A stretch of DNA of 64,000 bases from Octopus sinensis (Eukaryota): positions 68,014,001 through 68,078,000 of the forward strand of contig NC_043008.1 of assembly GCF_006345805.1 (NCBI RefSeq). Reading direction: 5' to 3'. Under the pieces are notes generated by a model. It searched no databases, was not told the DNA's origin, and saw only the letters and a program-made list of their open reading frames with translations. Positions 25,482 through 37,689 of the stretch are shown one piece after another. Every line of letters starts with the position of its first letter. The first letter of the stretch is position 1. The position numbers and the translations under genes were made by a program.

Positions 25482-26058
25482 CATTATCATCATTTAATGA
25501 CTGGTTTCCATGCTGACATGGGTTGAATGGTTTCACAGGAGCTGGTAAGGCCAACGGTTACACCAAGCTCCATTGCTGGGCTCAGATTTGGCTACCTAAA
25601 CATGACAAGCTTGGTTTTTATAAGGAGCCTAAGAAACTTTAACTTGCATGGAGTCAAAGCAAACTGCTTTAAATGATATTTGTAACTCCTACTGAATCTG
25701 TTGAGTGCCTCTTTCTTTTATTTTTTCACTTACCCATGTGTGTGTGTGGTGTGTGTGTGTGTAAAGATAAGATCTAAGGATTGAGGTGTAGGAAGAAAGT
25801 TAGCTTCAAGCAATCTGTAGAAAATATAAAAAGCAACTTTCAAGAACAATAGTGGTTTATTGGTGTGGAAGATTATGAATTTTTCGCATATCAATGCATA
25901 AACTGAAAAAAAATTGTTATAACTCATGACTGGCAACCAGGGTTGCTGGGTATGTAAATATAAATCCATACGTTAAGGAATGGAGCTAGATAAAATCCAG
26001 GCTACATATGTTTTCATAGTGAGCGGAACCTTGGAATTAGTAAATACCTAAGCAAAGT

Positions 26059-26263
26059 GTATACCACAGGCTACTCTTCAAGCCATGGGTATCTTGATTA
26101 CATAAAGTTTATTTTGTCATTAGGAGGCCCATGTTAACACACAGAGGATTTGATCAGAATGCAGTCTGATCAAATCCTCTGTGTGTTAACATGACCTCCT
26201 AATGACAAAATAAACTTCATGTGATCAAGATACCCTTGGCCTGAAGTGTAGCTTGCAGTATAC
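26059..26263. repeat. ~200-bp near-perfect palindrome
   Basis: Arms of about 100 bp centred on tgca at about 26161; inner 28 bp perfect (catgttaacacacagaggatttgatcag / ctgatcaaatcctctgtgtgttaacatg). Confidence 0.9.
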
Positions 26264-26516
26264 AAATCACTTGGATATTCACTACTTCTGCGGTTCTGCT
26301 CACTATGAAACATATGTAACTCAGATTTTATCTACTCCATTCCTTAACTTTTGGATACATATATATATACACACACACACATGTGTGTGTGTGAGTATGC
26401 ATATGCCTGGAGTTCAATACCAGTCAGAAGACCTTTTGTTAACCTGGTGTATTTGTATCTGCAGAGAGCTTAAGTATTTTGTCTGGATTACTAATTGCTT
26501 ATTAATAACTCTTTAT

Positions 26517-26556
<40 letters not shown>

Positions 26557-26558
<2 letters not shown>

Positions 26559-28714
26559 GAATTTCACAGAAGTATGTACAGCCTTAAAGAATTTCAGTAA
26601 AATTGCTATTACTCTGATAATAATCGAAAGAAATCATATGAAATTTATACTGAATAAAATATATTATACATGCAAACATTATCCTAATTCAGAACACAAA
26701 ACAATAAACATTTTCAAATGTTACAAAAATATGTACACCCTAAAGGAAATTTGCTATATTCAATATTTCATCTTTTTTTTACTAAATTCAGATATTGCTG
26801 ATAATTTCAATTCTAATAAATAATTTCTCCTGGCATTTTTGCATCAATCATTGTTATTGCATCTGCAAGAATTCTGATTTGTGTATTATGGTGAAAATCT
26901 TCTTAACTGTGATTAAAATAGCACCAAAGGGGAAGAATTGTCTGAAAATTTGAAGAAAATTATTTTTAATTTTCACAAGAATGAATGGTTGGCATTAGGA
27001 AGGACATGCAGCTGTAAAAATTCTGTCAAAACAGTACAGAAGTCTGGTGCAGGCTTCAGATTGGCCAGCTTTTGTGGTACCATCCCACCCATGCTAGCAT
27101 GGAACATGGATGTTAAATGATGATATTGATGATGTTAATTACCAAATGATTACATATTAGCGTAAACACAGTTGCCAAAGTAATTCAGAAGTACAAAGCT
27201 ACTGGATGGCTAAACAATAAACATCATCCAGAACGATCTTCTATTTTAACTGCACATGATATTCACCACATCCAACGTTGTGTGATGGACAACAGGCATA
27301 GTACTGCTTCATCTTTGACCCACGAAGTTTCTTCTGTTAGTGGAAAGAGTGTATCCGCCCATACAGTTTGAACCCAAACAGTTTGGTGTTTGAACCAGTG
27401 TCGTCTTCATAGATACATTCCTCGTAGGAAGCCTCTCCTCACTACCAAGTATAAATCGAGTTGTCTTTCTTTTGCCAAAACCTATGTGAGTAAGGAAAAG
27501 GAGTTTTGGAATAAAATTCTTTCTTCTGACAAAACTAAAATCAACTTGTTTAAGTCAGATGGTATTGAAAGGCAGCGAGCTGGCAGAAACGTTAGCATGC
27601 CGGGTGAAATGCTTAGCGGTATTTCATCTGCCACTATGTTCTGAGTTCAAATTCCGCCAAGGTCAACTTTGCCTTTCATCCTTTCGGGGTCGATTAAATA
27701 AGTACCAGTTACGCACTGGGGTCGATATAATCGACTTAATCCATTTACCTGTCCTTGTTTGTCCTCTCTGTGTTTAGCCCCTTGTGGATAGTAAAGAAAT
27801 AAGTATTAAACGAGTATGGTGGTGACCAAGTGAAGATAATAGTGACAAATGCACCGTGCATACCATGAAACACGGTGGTGGAAGTGTCATGCTTTGGGGA
27901 TGCATGAGTGTGGCTGGCATAGGAGGACTCACATTCATTGAGAGAACAATGGATTCAAAGCTTTATTGTGACATATTCCAAAAATGTAGAAAAACATCAA
28001 GGAACTAGGAAGGCATTCCATGTTCCATTATGATAATGACTCTAAACACACTTCAAAAATGACGACTTAATTTTTATCAGATAAAAAGGTAAAGGTATTG
28101 CCTTGGCCTACCATGTCGCCCTATTCAAACCCATATGAACACCTGTGGGGAGTTTTGAAAAGGAAGGTTAAGGAGAAAAAAGCCTGCAATGTAACACAGT
28201 TGAAAGACATCATTCAAGATGAATGGAGGTCAATATCATCAGTTATATGTGGAAATTTAGTCAACTCTATGCCCAGAAGACTTAATGCAATCATTGAAAG
28301 CAAGGGCGGTCACACCAAATATTGAATATAGCAAATAATTCTTTAGGGTGTACATATTTTTGTATAATTTGAAAATTAATATTTCATTTATATCTTTGAA
28401 AATGTTTATTGTTTTGTGTTCCAAATTTGTATAATGTTTGCATGTATAATATATCTTATTCAGTAAGGCAGCAAGCTGGCAAAACATTAGCATGCCGGGC
28501 AAAATGCTTAAAGGTCAATAAATTAAGTACCAGTTGCATACCGGATTGATCTAATCAACTAGCACTGTCCCCAAAAATTTCAGACCTTGTGCCTAGAGTA
28601 GAAAAGAATATATTTTATTCAGTATAAATTTCGTTTGATTTCCTTCAATATTATCAAAGTAATAGCAACTTTACTGAAATTTTTTGGGGATGTACATACT
28701 TCTGTGAGATACTG
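26557..28714 (+). mobile_element. Full-length decayed Tc1 transposon with ~210-bp TIRs and three nested retroposon insertions
   Basis: TIRs 26557-26765 / 28320-28714 ending ...gatactg|TA; transposase remnants RRKPLL, FWNKILSSDKTKINLF, KHGGGSVMLWGCM, DNDSKHTS, WPTMSPYSNPYEHLW, GGHTKY*; insertions at about 26985-27135, 27568-27805 and 28464-28607. Confidence 0.92.
27568..27805 (+). mobile_element. Meta/Sauria-like tRNA SINE inside the Tc1 ORF
   Basis: ggcagcgagctggcagaaacgttagc...ctgagttcaaattcc...gcctttcatcctttcggggtcgattaaataagtaccag; interrupts the transposase. Confidence 0.85.
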
Positions 28715-28724
28715 TATGTATATA

Positions 28725-29118
28725 TTCTTTTATTCTTTTACTTGTTTCAATCATTTGACTAGGGCCATGCTGGAGCACTGTCTTTTAGTTGAAGAAATCA
28801 ACCCCAGGATTTATTCTTTGTACTTATTCTATCAGTCTCTTTTTCTGAACTGCTAAGTTATGGGGGTCATACACCAACATCGGTTGTGAAGTGATGGTGG
28901 TGGTGACAAACCCACACACAAAAACACACACATACATGTATACATATTACATATGACGGGCTTCTTTCAGTTTCCATCTACCAAATCCACTCACAAGATT
29001 TTGGTTGGCCCGAGGTTATAGTAGACAACACTTGCCCAAGGTGCCATAAAGTGGGACTGAACCCAGGACCACATGGTTGGGAAGCAAGCATCTTACCACA
29101 CAGCCACTCCAGTGCCTA
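28725..29118 (-). mobile_element. CORE-type SINE
   Basis: Reverse complement of 3845-4219. Confidence 0.8.
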
Positions 29119-29390
29119 CATATATATATATATATATATATATAATGTCTTGCAAACAACTTGCACATGCAAGTGCTACCAGTTAAAAGCTCCATATACC
29201 GGAAGCTAGCAAGTGTATGGGGTCATCAGGAGAGAATGCGCGCCATTTCGGGGCCTACCTCTCGACAGCATCAATGCGCACCGGCCCCCCTCACTGATAT
29301 GAGGCCCCGCTTGCTAGATCAGCTGGTTATGAAGAACTCAATATACTTCTAGCCATCGCTCATCGTCTCTTTTTAACTAAATCCAGTGGC

Positions 29391-29421
<31 letters not shown>

Positions 29422-31609
29422 ATATATATACATATATGTATGTATGTGTGTATATATGTATGTATCTATCATTTATCTTTTGCTTGTTTTAGTTAGTCAT
29501 TGGACTGTGGCCATGCTAGGACACCACCTTAAAGGGTTTTAATTAAACAAATCAACTTTAGTACTTGCATTTTTTTTTTGAAGTCTGCTGTTGGTCTCTT
29601 TTCTCAAACCACTATGTTATGGGGATACAGACAAACCAACAACAGTTGTCAAACAATAGTGGGGGACAAAAATAATATAAACACAAATACACACACAGAC
29701 ACACACATGCATGCACATTCATGCACATGACTGCATACATAGGCCCATGTACACCTTTTTTTTTCCAGTAGAAAGAGACAAACATTAACTCATTTTGATA
29801 TAAAATAATATTTTATTTATCACAGCGTAGACATAGATGAGCTTCAAAACCCTTGAACTATTACTGAAACAACAAAAATCATTCAAGGTTTTATTGTAAA
29901 TAATAGAGTGAACATGTTTGAATATTTCCACATTTAAAAAAAAATCTTGTCAAAGAATGAAGAGGAAACCATTCATGACTTTTTTTTTTTGTAGTGTCTC
30001 AGAGACTGAAAAGACTGATGAGGAAAAGGTGGTGGAGGAGACATTGACAAGATGATGGTGATGAGGATGATGACGATGATGATGATGACAACGACGACGG
30101 TGATGATGATGACAATGAAGATGATGATGATAGTGATGATGAGGGGGGCGGTAATAAGGATGATGACGAGGATGATGGTTATGGTGCCAGCGGTAGTGGT
30201 AGTAATGATGAGGAGGAAGATGAGGATGATGACGACAACAACAACAATAATAGTAACCATAATGATGATAATGGAGTTTTAACCCCTACCATACAATTCA
30301 ATGTAAATAATGACTACAATGATGTACAGTATATCTATGGCCTGGAATCTCCATCAAACTGTAACATGAATGGAAGTATAGATACTTAAGTCAACCCCAG
30401 TATATTACTGGTGTATAGAGGGGAATACATTTATCTGGATGTATCCCCAGAATATCACTGATACATAATAAATGGTTGATATTCAACTACAGTAGATATG
30501 TATATATATGGCCTGGCCTCACCATCATACTGTTACCTGGGTCTACCCCTAGTGTATTACTGGTGCATGTATTTTAACAACATTGGGATTTGAAATTTCA
30601 GAGGTCAGATTCCAAACTATTTAGATTGCAACATTCAATTTGTCCATAAGTAATATATTTCTGTTACATAGTATGTTTATCAACACAGGAGAGAGTTGTA
30701 GAGTAATATGAACTTAATGTGGATTTGAACTCTCAGTGACAGATTCAATGCTAACCTCAGTGAATATTCAGCTGTAAACATTTCTATTGAATACATCTGA
30801 AAACACACAGTTGTAAACAATGAGAGCACTGTAAAATTAATGAGGTCTTTCTTACCTTACAGTACTAAATTGTATCCTTCCTGTGATCTTGCAGACAGGA
30901 ATCAGGAACTTCTGACCAAAATCTCCCACCCACTAAATCATCAATCATTGCAGCCAACTTTGATGTTGGATCATGACTGATTCTGATAATAGGTTTCATA
31001 TGAAGGGTAGTGTACAATAATGCCCCCCACCCAACAAAACACACAGATTAAAAGCTTATATTTCTCAGCTCTTAAGAAGCAACCAAGAAGGTAGCAGGAG
31101 CACTGTAAAATCAGTGTGTGTTACATCAGTTTACAATGTTATCTTCAAGTATTTCCATGATATTGGAGCATGATGAAAGTACTTACACTGGGATCATGTC
31201 TAATCTCTTGACTATTCCAAAGTGAACCAGATATGGATGAAATACTTCAGGACTTAATGCAAGTCAGTCAGACTCGGTGAAAATTTTTCTCATTTTCAGT
31301 CAAACCATGACTATTTCAGAAAGAATCTTTTTAAAAAGGTAAATACAGGCTGAATATAATAGGTCTTATAGTGACTTGACTTTCTAAAGTTTCATGGCAA
31401 TTTTCCTTGAAAAGTTTTTTGTCAATATTATGGTCTATTTGGAGATTCTGGAGAGAATCTTTGTGCAAGAGAATTCATCACTACACATCTTGTAGTATAT
31501 TTCCTAATGATTCCTTTTTCACATGATTATAACCGAAATATTTTTTTTTTGTCATTTTGCAGTAGAATCAAAGGTTCTTGGAAGTAAAACCATTCTGTAG
31601 CATTATTAC

Positions 31610-32350
31610 TGAAGATTCTCATGTCTTAGCAGTTTTCTTTACCAACTTGTCACCAAAAGACTTTTAAATCTTGCAGTATACTTTAAGATTGTTGAAAGGA
31701 CCATTTTAAATAGAAATCATCTTTTTACCACAACAATATAGCAGTGTTTTTCTTGAATGTTCTGTGCTGCTTTCTTCAACCAGTCTGCTACTAAAATACT
31801 TTTATCTCTTGTGAAACTCTTTAAAATTCCTGAACGGTTGTTTTAAACAGAAACCATCTATTGACCACAACAATCTAGTAGTGTCTTTTTTAATGTTCTG
31901 TGCCATTTTCTTCAACCAGTCTGCTAATAAAGTACTTTTATATCTTGTAGTACACTTTAAGATTCTTGAATGGACTATTTTATGTACTGACCACAACAAT
32001 CTAGTAATGTCTTTCTTGAATTTTCTGTGCTGTTTTCTTCAACCAGTCTGCTACTAAAATACTTTTATCTCTTGTGAAACTCTTTAAAATTCCTGAACGG
32101 TTGTTTTAAACAGAAACCATCTATTGACCACAACAATCTAGTAGTGTCTTTTTTAATGTTCTGTGCCATTTTCTTCAACCAGTCTGCTAATAAAGTACTT
32201 TTATATCTTGTAGTACACTTTAAGATTCTTGAATGGACTATTTTATGTACTGACCACAACAATCTAGTAATGTCTTTCTTGAATTTTCTGTGCTGTTTTC
32301 TTCAACCAGTCTGCTACTAAAATACTTTTTAATTTTGTGGTACATTTAAA
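31610..32350 (-). repeat. Tandem array (about 6 units of 123-140 bp; 263-bp higher-order dimer) derived from the end of the profilin-like CDS
   Basis: Identical ORFs at 31802-31999 and 32065-32262 (offset 263); each unit repeats AAAAGTAyTTTAkTAGCAGACTGGTTGAAGAAA...CAyTACTAG. Confidence 0.9.
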
Positions 32351-32503
32351 GAATATAAACATTGATTCTGTTTGACTGACAATCAAATAATGTTTGCCAT
32401 TGAATGCAATTAGCTGAGAATCAGAAATACTTTTTATGCAATATGTAATTCCCATTAGCGAAACCATCTCAACATCTTGATAAACAAAACAGCAAATTAT
32501 TTC
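32264..32503 (-). CDS. Terminal coding exon of profilin-like protein (C-terminal half of profilin fold)
   Basis: Acceptor ttgtttttattttag|GAA, phase 0 matching the upstream exon; EIICCF...VSLMGITYCIK...LIAFNGKHYLIVSQTESMFIF...ADWLKKTAQKIQERHY* follows the profilin pattern LxGxxY...IxxT...terminal helix ending in Y. Confidence 0.75.
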   Translation of the reverse strand, partial: EIICCFVYQDVEMVSLMGITYCIKSISDSQLIAFNGKHYLIVSQTESMFIFFKCTTKLKSILVADWLKKTAQKIQERHY

Positions 32504-33124
32504 CTAAAATAAAAACAAATAAACAAAAAATATAAATAGCTTGAAATTTTTAATTAATTTTATTTTTGTATATTTAAAAAAGTTCTTTTTTGGTATGTGT
32601 GTGTGTTTTTTTCATTCAATGTTTATTTTTTGGTGGGGATGGAAATAAAAATATAAATATTAAAGTGTTTGTCTTTTTGTATAAACAAGATCATACTTGC
32701 AGATATAAGGAGGACAGATAACTGCGCATGTGTAAGAATCTGTGTGTATGTATGTGTGTGTATGTGTGTGTGCATGTGTGTGCATGCATGTGCATGTGTG
32801 TGTGTGTGTTGTCAATAGAACAGAAACACACTTCCAAATAAACTAATTCTGCAACACAGGTTCACTTTCTACTCGAGAATTATATCCCAAATTATTATCA
32901 AAATGTGATGGAAATTATTCCAATTTTACAAAGTTCCTTTACTGCTCAGAGTGGTGATCCCTGATTCCTCAGAAGGATTTGAACTCAGAAAATAAGGTTA
33001 TACAATTAAATACTGCAAAGTATTCCATTCTATGCTCACCATCAATTCTTAATAATTATAATAATTGTCTCAAATTTTGGCATGAGGCTAGAAATTTTGA
33101 GGGAAATAGATTAGTGATTTTTAG

Positions 33125-33598
33125 GTTGCGAAGCCAATCCCACTCAAAAGGTCCTTGAATAAGGGTTGTTTAAGGATGTTGAATGAAACACCCATGTTTC
33201 TAAGGGTGAATTATCCAAACTCCAAAGAATTCCTCTCAACACATGGCTATGATGCTCCCCCACTACTTCTGCTCGTGATCAGAGATGCACATATCATAGA
33301 CCACTAAGGGACCTGGTCAACTGGTTATGGTCAAGCAGCTAACAAGCAAATCTGTGGTATTGAGCAGAATATTTGCTGTAGCCCATCTTTTATACCAAGA
33401 CAAAACAATGTACATGATAGCTATTTCCAATTTCCTTTATATCCCTCTTGATGCCTTCTGATACTGTTCCTAAGGACCAAATAATAATTGACACTATCTT
33501 CACCTTCTTCATTTTCCATAGCCAGGCTATTTCGTAGTTAAGAGGGTTGTATCTATTTATCTTTTCACCTTCCTTCTTGACTATTCTTGGGTCATTCT
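33125..33598 (-). mobile_element. Chimera: Dong/R4-like RLE fragment followed by internal part of the 545-bp element
   Basis: 33598-33420 encodes DPRIVKKEGEKINRYNPLNYEIAWLWKMKKVKIVSIIIWSLG; 33420-33125 matches 9720-10003. Confidence 0.75.
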
Positions 33599-34022
33599 TA
33601 ATAATAATAGTTTCTGTTGACTAGTAGTATGTTACATAAAGGTAGTTTGTATTAAATTGACAAATTGTTTCATTCACGCTTTTGTTCAGAACATTCAATA
33701 CTATAAGAGATGGAAATGGTTTTCAACATAAAATGGAAACCATTTGTCAGCTTCATTTTCCCTTCTAAGACAGGCTGTTGGATAGGTGAAACTGTTACAA
33801 GGCTAGGCAAGGCACCTTTCCCAGCCCTTTGCAACCAGCAGATATCAGTAATTTTAAAAACTAAAAGAAACATAATTTCCTTGGCTCAGTTAGATAAGAA
33901 ACTGCCTCCCCCATCACCACCACCTTATAAAGCTTATATTGATTATATAAGAGTTATATTGATTTCCTTAAATTTCTTTTGATTATATGAGATTTATATT
34001 GTCACCATAACAAAAGTCTTAC

Positions 34023-34234
34023 CTTAAATTCATTCATGTTGATATGAAATTGGGGAGAAGCAGCAATCACATTGCCATTCTTACAGACTATAGCACCTTC
34101 TTTCAACTCCCAGTTTCGCAACTTTTTCACTACATGGTGCAACCATTTCTTCCATGCAACAGTTTTGGTCAGATAACCAATTGGAACAAATACAATATCA
34201 TGCATCTTTCTAATACAAAACAATTCTTGATTAT
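34023..34234 (-). CDS. Internal coding exon: SH3-like tail + N-terminal half of profilin-like domain
   Basis: Acceptor ttttttctatttctttttcag|AT, donor AAG|gtaaga; open frame NQELFCIRKMHDIVFVPIGYLTKTVAWKKWLHHVV...EGAIVCKNGNVIAASPQFHINMNEFK resembles profilin W..Y...AAIVG.DG.VWA.S..F.....E. Confidence 0.78.
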
Positions 34235-34521
34235 CTGAAAAAGAAATAGAAAAAAGATATTAAAATAATAAATAATGTGACATGGTGTAGTGGAGGATAA
34301 TGGTGGGGGAGCAAACAACAGTTTGTTTACTTAGAACTAAGAGTACAAAGAGAATAGAGTTATTTTTTAACACTTTCATTGCCATAATTTTGTTGAAATA
34401 CATTGTCTTTCTTTCAATTCATTATGAAACGAATGAAGAATTTAGCAAAATAATTTGGTCGTTGTTAATTTGGTCTTTGGAACATAAATTAACACGGAAT
34501 TTTGATTGGAGGTTTTAATTA

Positions 34522-34858
34522 CCATATTTGATGGCCTATAAGACACACCTTTTTTACCCAAAAGTGGCTTTTAAAATCCCTCTGTGTCCAATGCACTCAA
34601 TGTAGGCTCAAAACTCACTCAAAACAGTATGTATGTTTACAAAACGTGTGCTGCCATCTGTTGGTGAACAATCCTCTATGGTATGTTTATATCGAATGTG
34701 GATTCAATAAATTGCTTATAATTACCGGTAATAACAAAGTTATACAGGTAAGTGGAGAATTTAAAACATTAATTCAGTGGTAATTTATTTTACAAAAGTA
34801 TAGCCTAGACTAGGGTGCATCTTATGCACTTGCGCATCTTATAGGCCATTAAATACAG
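34522..34858. mobile_element. pogo/Tc1-type MITE nested in a piggyBac-like MITE (about 34360-34996)
   Basis: TA|ccatatttgatggcctataagac ... tcttataggccattaaatacag|TA; flanks match the TTAA MITE family, which ends aaagggttaa at about 34996. Confidence 0.65.
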
Positions 34859-35234
34859 TAAATATCTTTGAAGCAAGAAGTTTGTATTGTGAAACCAGGA
34901 TCAGTCTCAGGCAACTTGGTATCGAAATGGTAAAACAGAAAGTTTGTACCATAGAACCAGGGTTGGTCACAGACAGATTAGTCTCAAAAGGGTTAAATTT
35001 TAGTATCTTGGCCTACATATCATAAACATAGATATCCTTTCCTTGCAAACATATAAAGACATTAAGCATATTCTTCTTTGCATTTAGGGTTGCAATTTTG
35101 CAGAAGTAGTGGAATGGTATTGAAAACATGTAAAAGTTTCATAATTGCTTTTAAAGTGCCATGGCTTATCTTTTGTTTCATGAGTGGTATATTAGGCAAA
35201 TTGGGTATCACTTTAAAATGTCTTGTGTTATTAC

Positions 35235-35311
35235 CTTCTATAGAGTTGGAAATATCAGAAATAAGACTATTAATTCCTCCTATGCTACCCATGGGAATGT
35301 CTGTCTCGCAT
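35235..35311 (-). CDS. Putative upstream coding exon of the profilin-like gene
   Basis: cag|A TGC...ATA GAA G|gtaata; the only open frame (CETDIPMGSIGGINSLISDISNSIE) ends in phase 1, matching the next exon; alternatively starts at ATG 35325. Acceptor is weak. Confidence 0.45.
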
Positions 35312-36290
35312 CTGCTTAACACCATTGAAATTAGAGATAATTATTTATACTGTGTCACATCATTTGAGTAGAAGTGAATGTTTGTATTTTCTCTCTGGTG
35401 ATGATGTATATAAACGTATCTTCATCATTCTCGTTATCCTCATCATTGTCATTGCCGTTGTCATTGTCATTTTCATCGCCATCATTGCCATCATCAACAT
35501 CACCGTCATCATCAACACCAGCAGCAGCAGCAGCTGTAGTAGTAGTGACATCATCATTATCATTATTATTGTCATCATTGTTATCATCATCATCATCATC
35601 ATCATTTTCACATCCACTTTCCTTGATGGTGCAGGTTGTAGCAAGACTTATTGAGGCATAATTTTACAGCTGGATATTCTTTCTGTTGCTACCCACCCCC
35701 CACCATAATTTTTCAATGCATTTTTATTGCAATGGTTAAAAGGCAGCGCTACAGGATGTATCGCTTACAGGGAATATAAATACAGCATCAATGCTCTTTC
35801 ACTCAAACTGCATCATATTAACACACATGGAATATAATCATACAAAATATGCAAACCATACATGCATGCATATACATACATAAATACATAAATTCATAAA
35901 TATATACACGTTGGGCTTCCAGCCCACTCACAAAGAGGGATTGGTCAGCCTAAGACTACAGTTGAAAACACTTGCTCAAAGTATCACTCAAGGGGATAAA
36001 ATATAGAATCTGGAAACATGTGATTACAAATCAATTTCAGTATCAATACATCCATACATGCACCTATGTGTGTGTGTGTGTGTGTGTGTGTGATTAAAAT
36101 CAAAATAAGCTACAAGGTTACTTATTTTGATTTTAATCACCTTACTTTGAAACTGTATGGATAATACCATACTAAATTCTGGTGCCTCAACTTAAGCACC
36201 ATATTTATCTGAATCTATATATAAAAATGAGGAGTATGAGATTTTTTTGAAAGCATCTCAGTTTCAGTCTTCCTTCCATATACTTATGTA

Positions 36291-36766
36291 CCATATATCC
36301 TCAAGTATAATCCGCATTTTTTTCCTAAAATTTAAAGGTCAAAATCCCTAGGGCATACTATATACGAGGTTAAAAGTGAAAAATATTTTCTAAGTAATGT
36401 CTGATGTCGGGCGTGAAAATACATTAAGCTAAACCTGAAAGCAATGAAGTCATAAAAGAATCATCCATAACTTGCAGTAAGCAACATTTATTAAAATAAA
36501 AGTATTCAGAACACAGAAAAATATGTAACAAAAACAATTTGCAAACATATTTACATTCCCATATAACAGTTAAAAACATCATCATTATTGCATTACGCAT
36601 GCACGGAAGTGTTTGTTCGACTGGGTGCTGCTGGCTTAATTACACATAACTCAAGTTAGAGAAGGGGTGCATATTATACACAAGGTTTAGGTTTTTCAGA
36701 GGTACAGCTGCCTAAAAATCCCCTGCATATTATACTCAAGGGTGGACTATACTCGAGGATTTTCGG
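36291..36766. mobile_element. pogo/Tigger-like MITE
   Basis: TA|ccatatatcctcaagtataatccgc ... gtggactatactcgaggattttcgg|TA inverted ends. Confidence 0.65.
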
Positions 36767-37171
36767 TATATAAAGAGGAAATTTTGTGTACATATTTAGA
36801 GTTAAATTGTTGGTATAACCATGATGTTCTGGTGATCGGATGAACTAACTTTCTTTCTTTGCATTAATTTGTAAAAATACCACTGTATTGTATAATGCTG
36901 AGCATACATATCAATGCAAGCATGTAAGCATAATTTCTTTCAAACTGAAATTAACACTACATGAAGATTGCAAAATGGGTGTAATCCTATGGAAGTTATA
37001 TGGTTAAATAAATATATATTCGCCTCTCATATCTCATATCTCCTGAATTTATATACACACACACACATAAATGTATATTTATATATACATGCTTATGTAC
37101 ATTGAAATAGATGTATGTATACATACATATACATATTAAAACATATATATACACACATACTCACATGCTTG

Positions 37172-37205
<34 letters not shown>

Positions 37206-37239
37206 CATGAATACCTACCTACCTACCTACCTACCCACC

Positions 37240-37289
<50 letters not shown>

Positions 37290-37354
37290 GACATACAGGA
37301 GAGGGACAAGTTTTAACAAATGTTATATCACCTTAATGCTTAAAAAAAGGGAGT

Positions 37355-37410
37355 CTTGACGTTTCAGACACTAGTCCTTTCTCAGAAGGACTAGTATCTG
37401 AAACATCAAG
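37355..37410 (-). ncRNA. 56-bp hairpin built from a degenerate minimal hammerhead and its inverted copy
   Basis: Minus: CTT-CTGAGAA-AGGACTAGTGTCT-GAAAC-GTC-AAG preceded by its own reverse complement; core G8 substituted. Confidence 0.4.
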
Positions 37411-37689
37411 TTTCCATCAACCAAATTCACTCACAAGTCTTCGGTCAGTTTGGGGGTATCATATTAGACACTTGCCCTAAGGTGTTACACAACTCATGCC
37501 TGCATCTCACTGAGGTCTACACCTAAGCCATGCTTGCATCTAATCTATGTCTTTGTCTAGCCATGTCTGATGTATAACAGTTGTGTGAAGTAAATTTCTT
37601 GAAATTTACAGGGGAACAATAATTACAAATGTTCAAGCAGTGAACATTACTTTGTCAAGAGATTGAAAATCTTGAATTGTTGTATTCCA

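Noticed and set aside
29973-30282. Hydrophobic Ile/Met-rich ORFs (also 35325-35661, 6451-6816, 11047-11277)
   Set aside because: (GAT)n/(ATT)n triplet repeats.
31802-32262. Two identical 65-aa ORFs as separate genes
   Set aside because: They are units of the tandem array downstream of the real stop codon, with non-ATG starts.
33670-33873. Additional exon between the two profilin-like exons
   Set aside because: The flanking exons already join in phase into a continuous profilin-like sequence, and no convincing splice pair was found.
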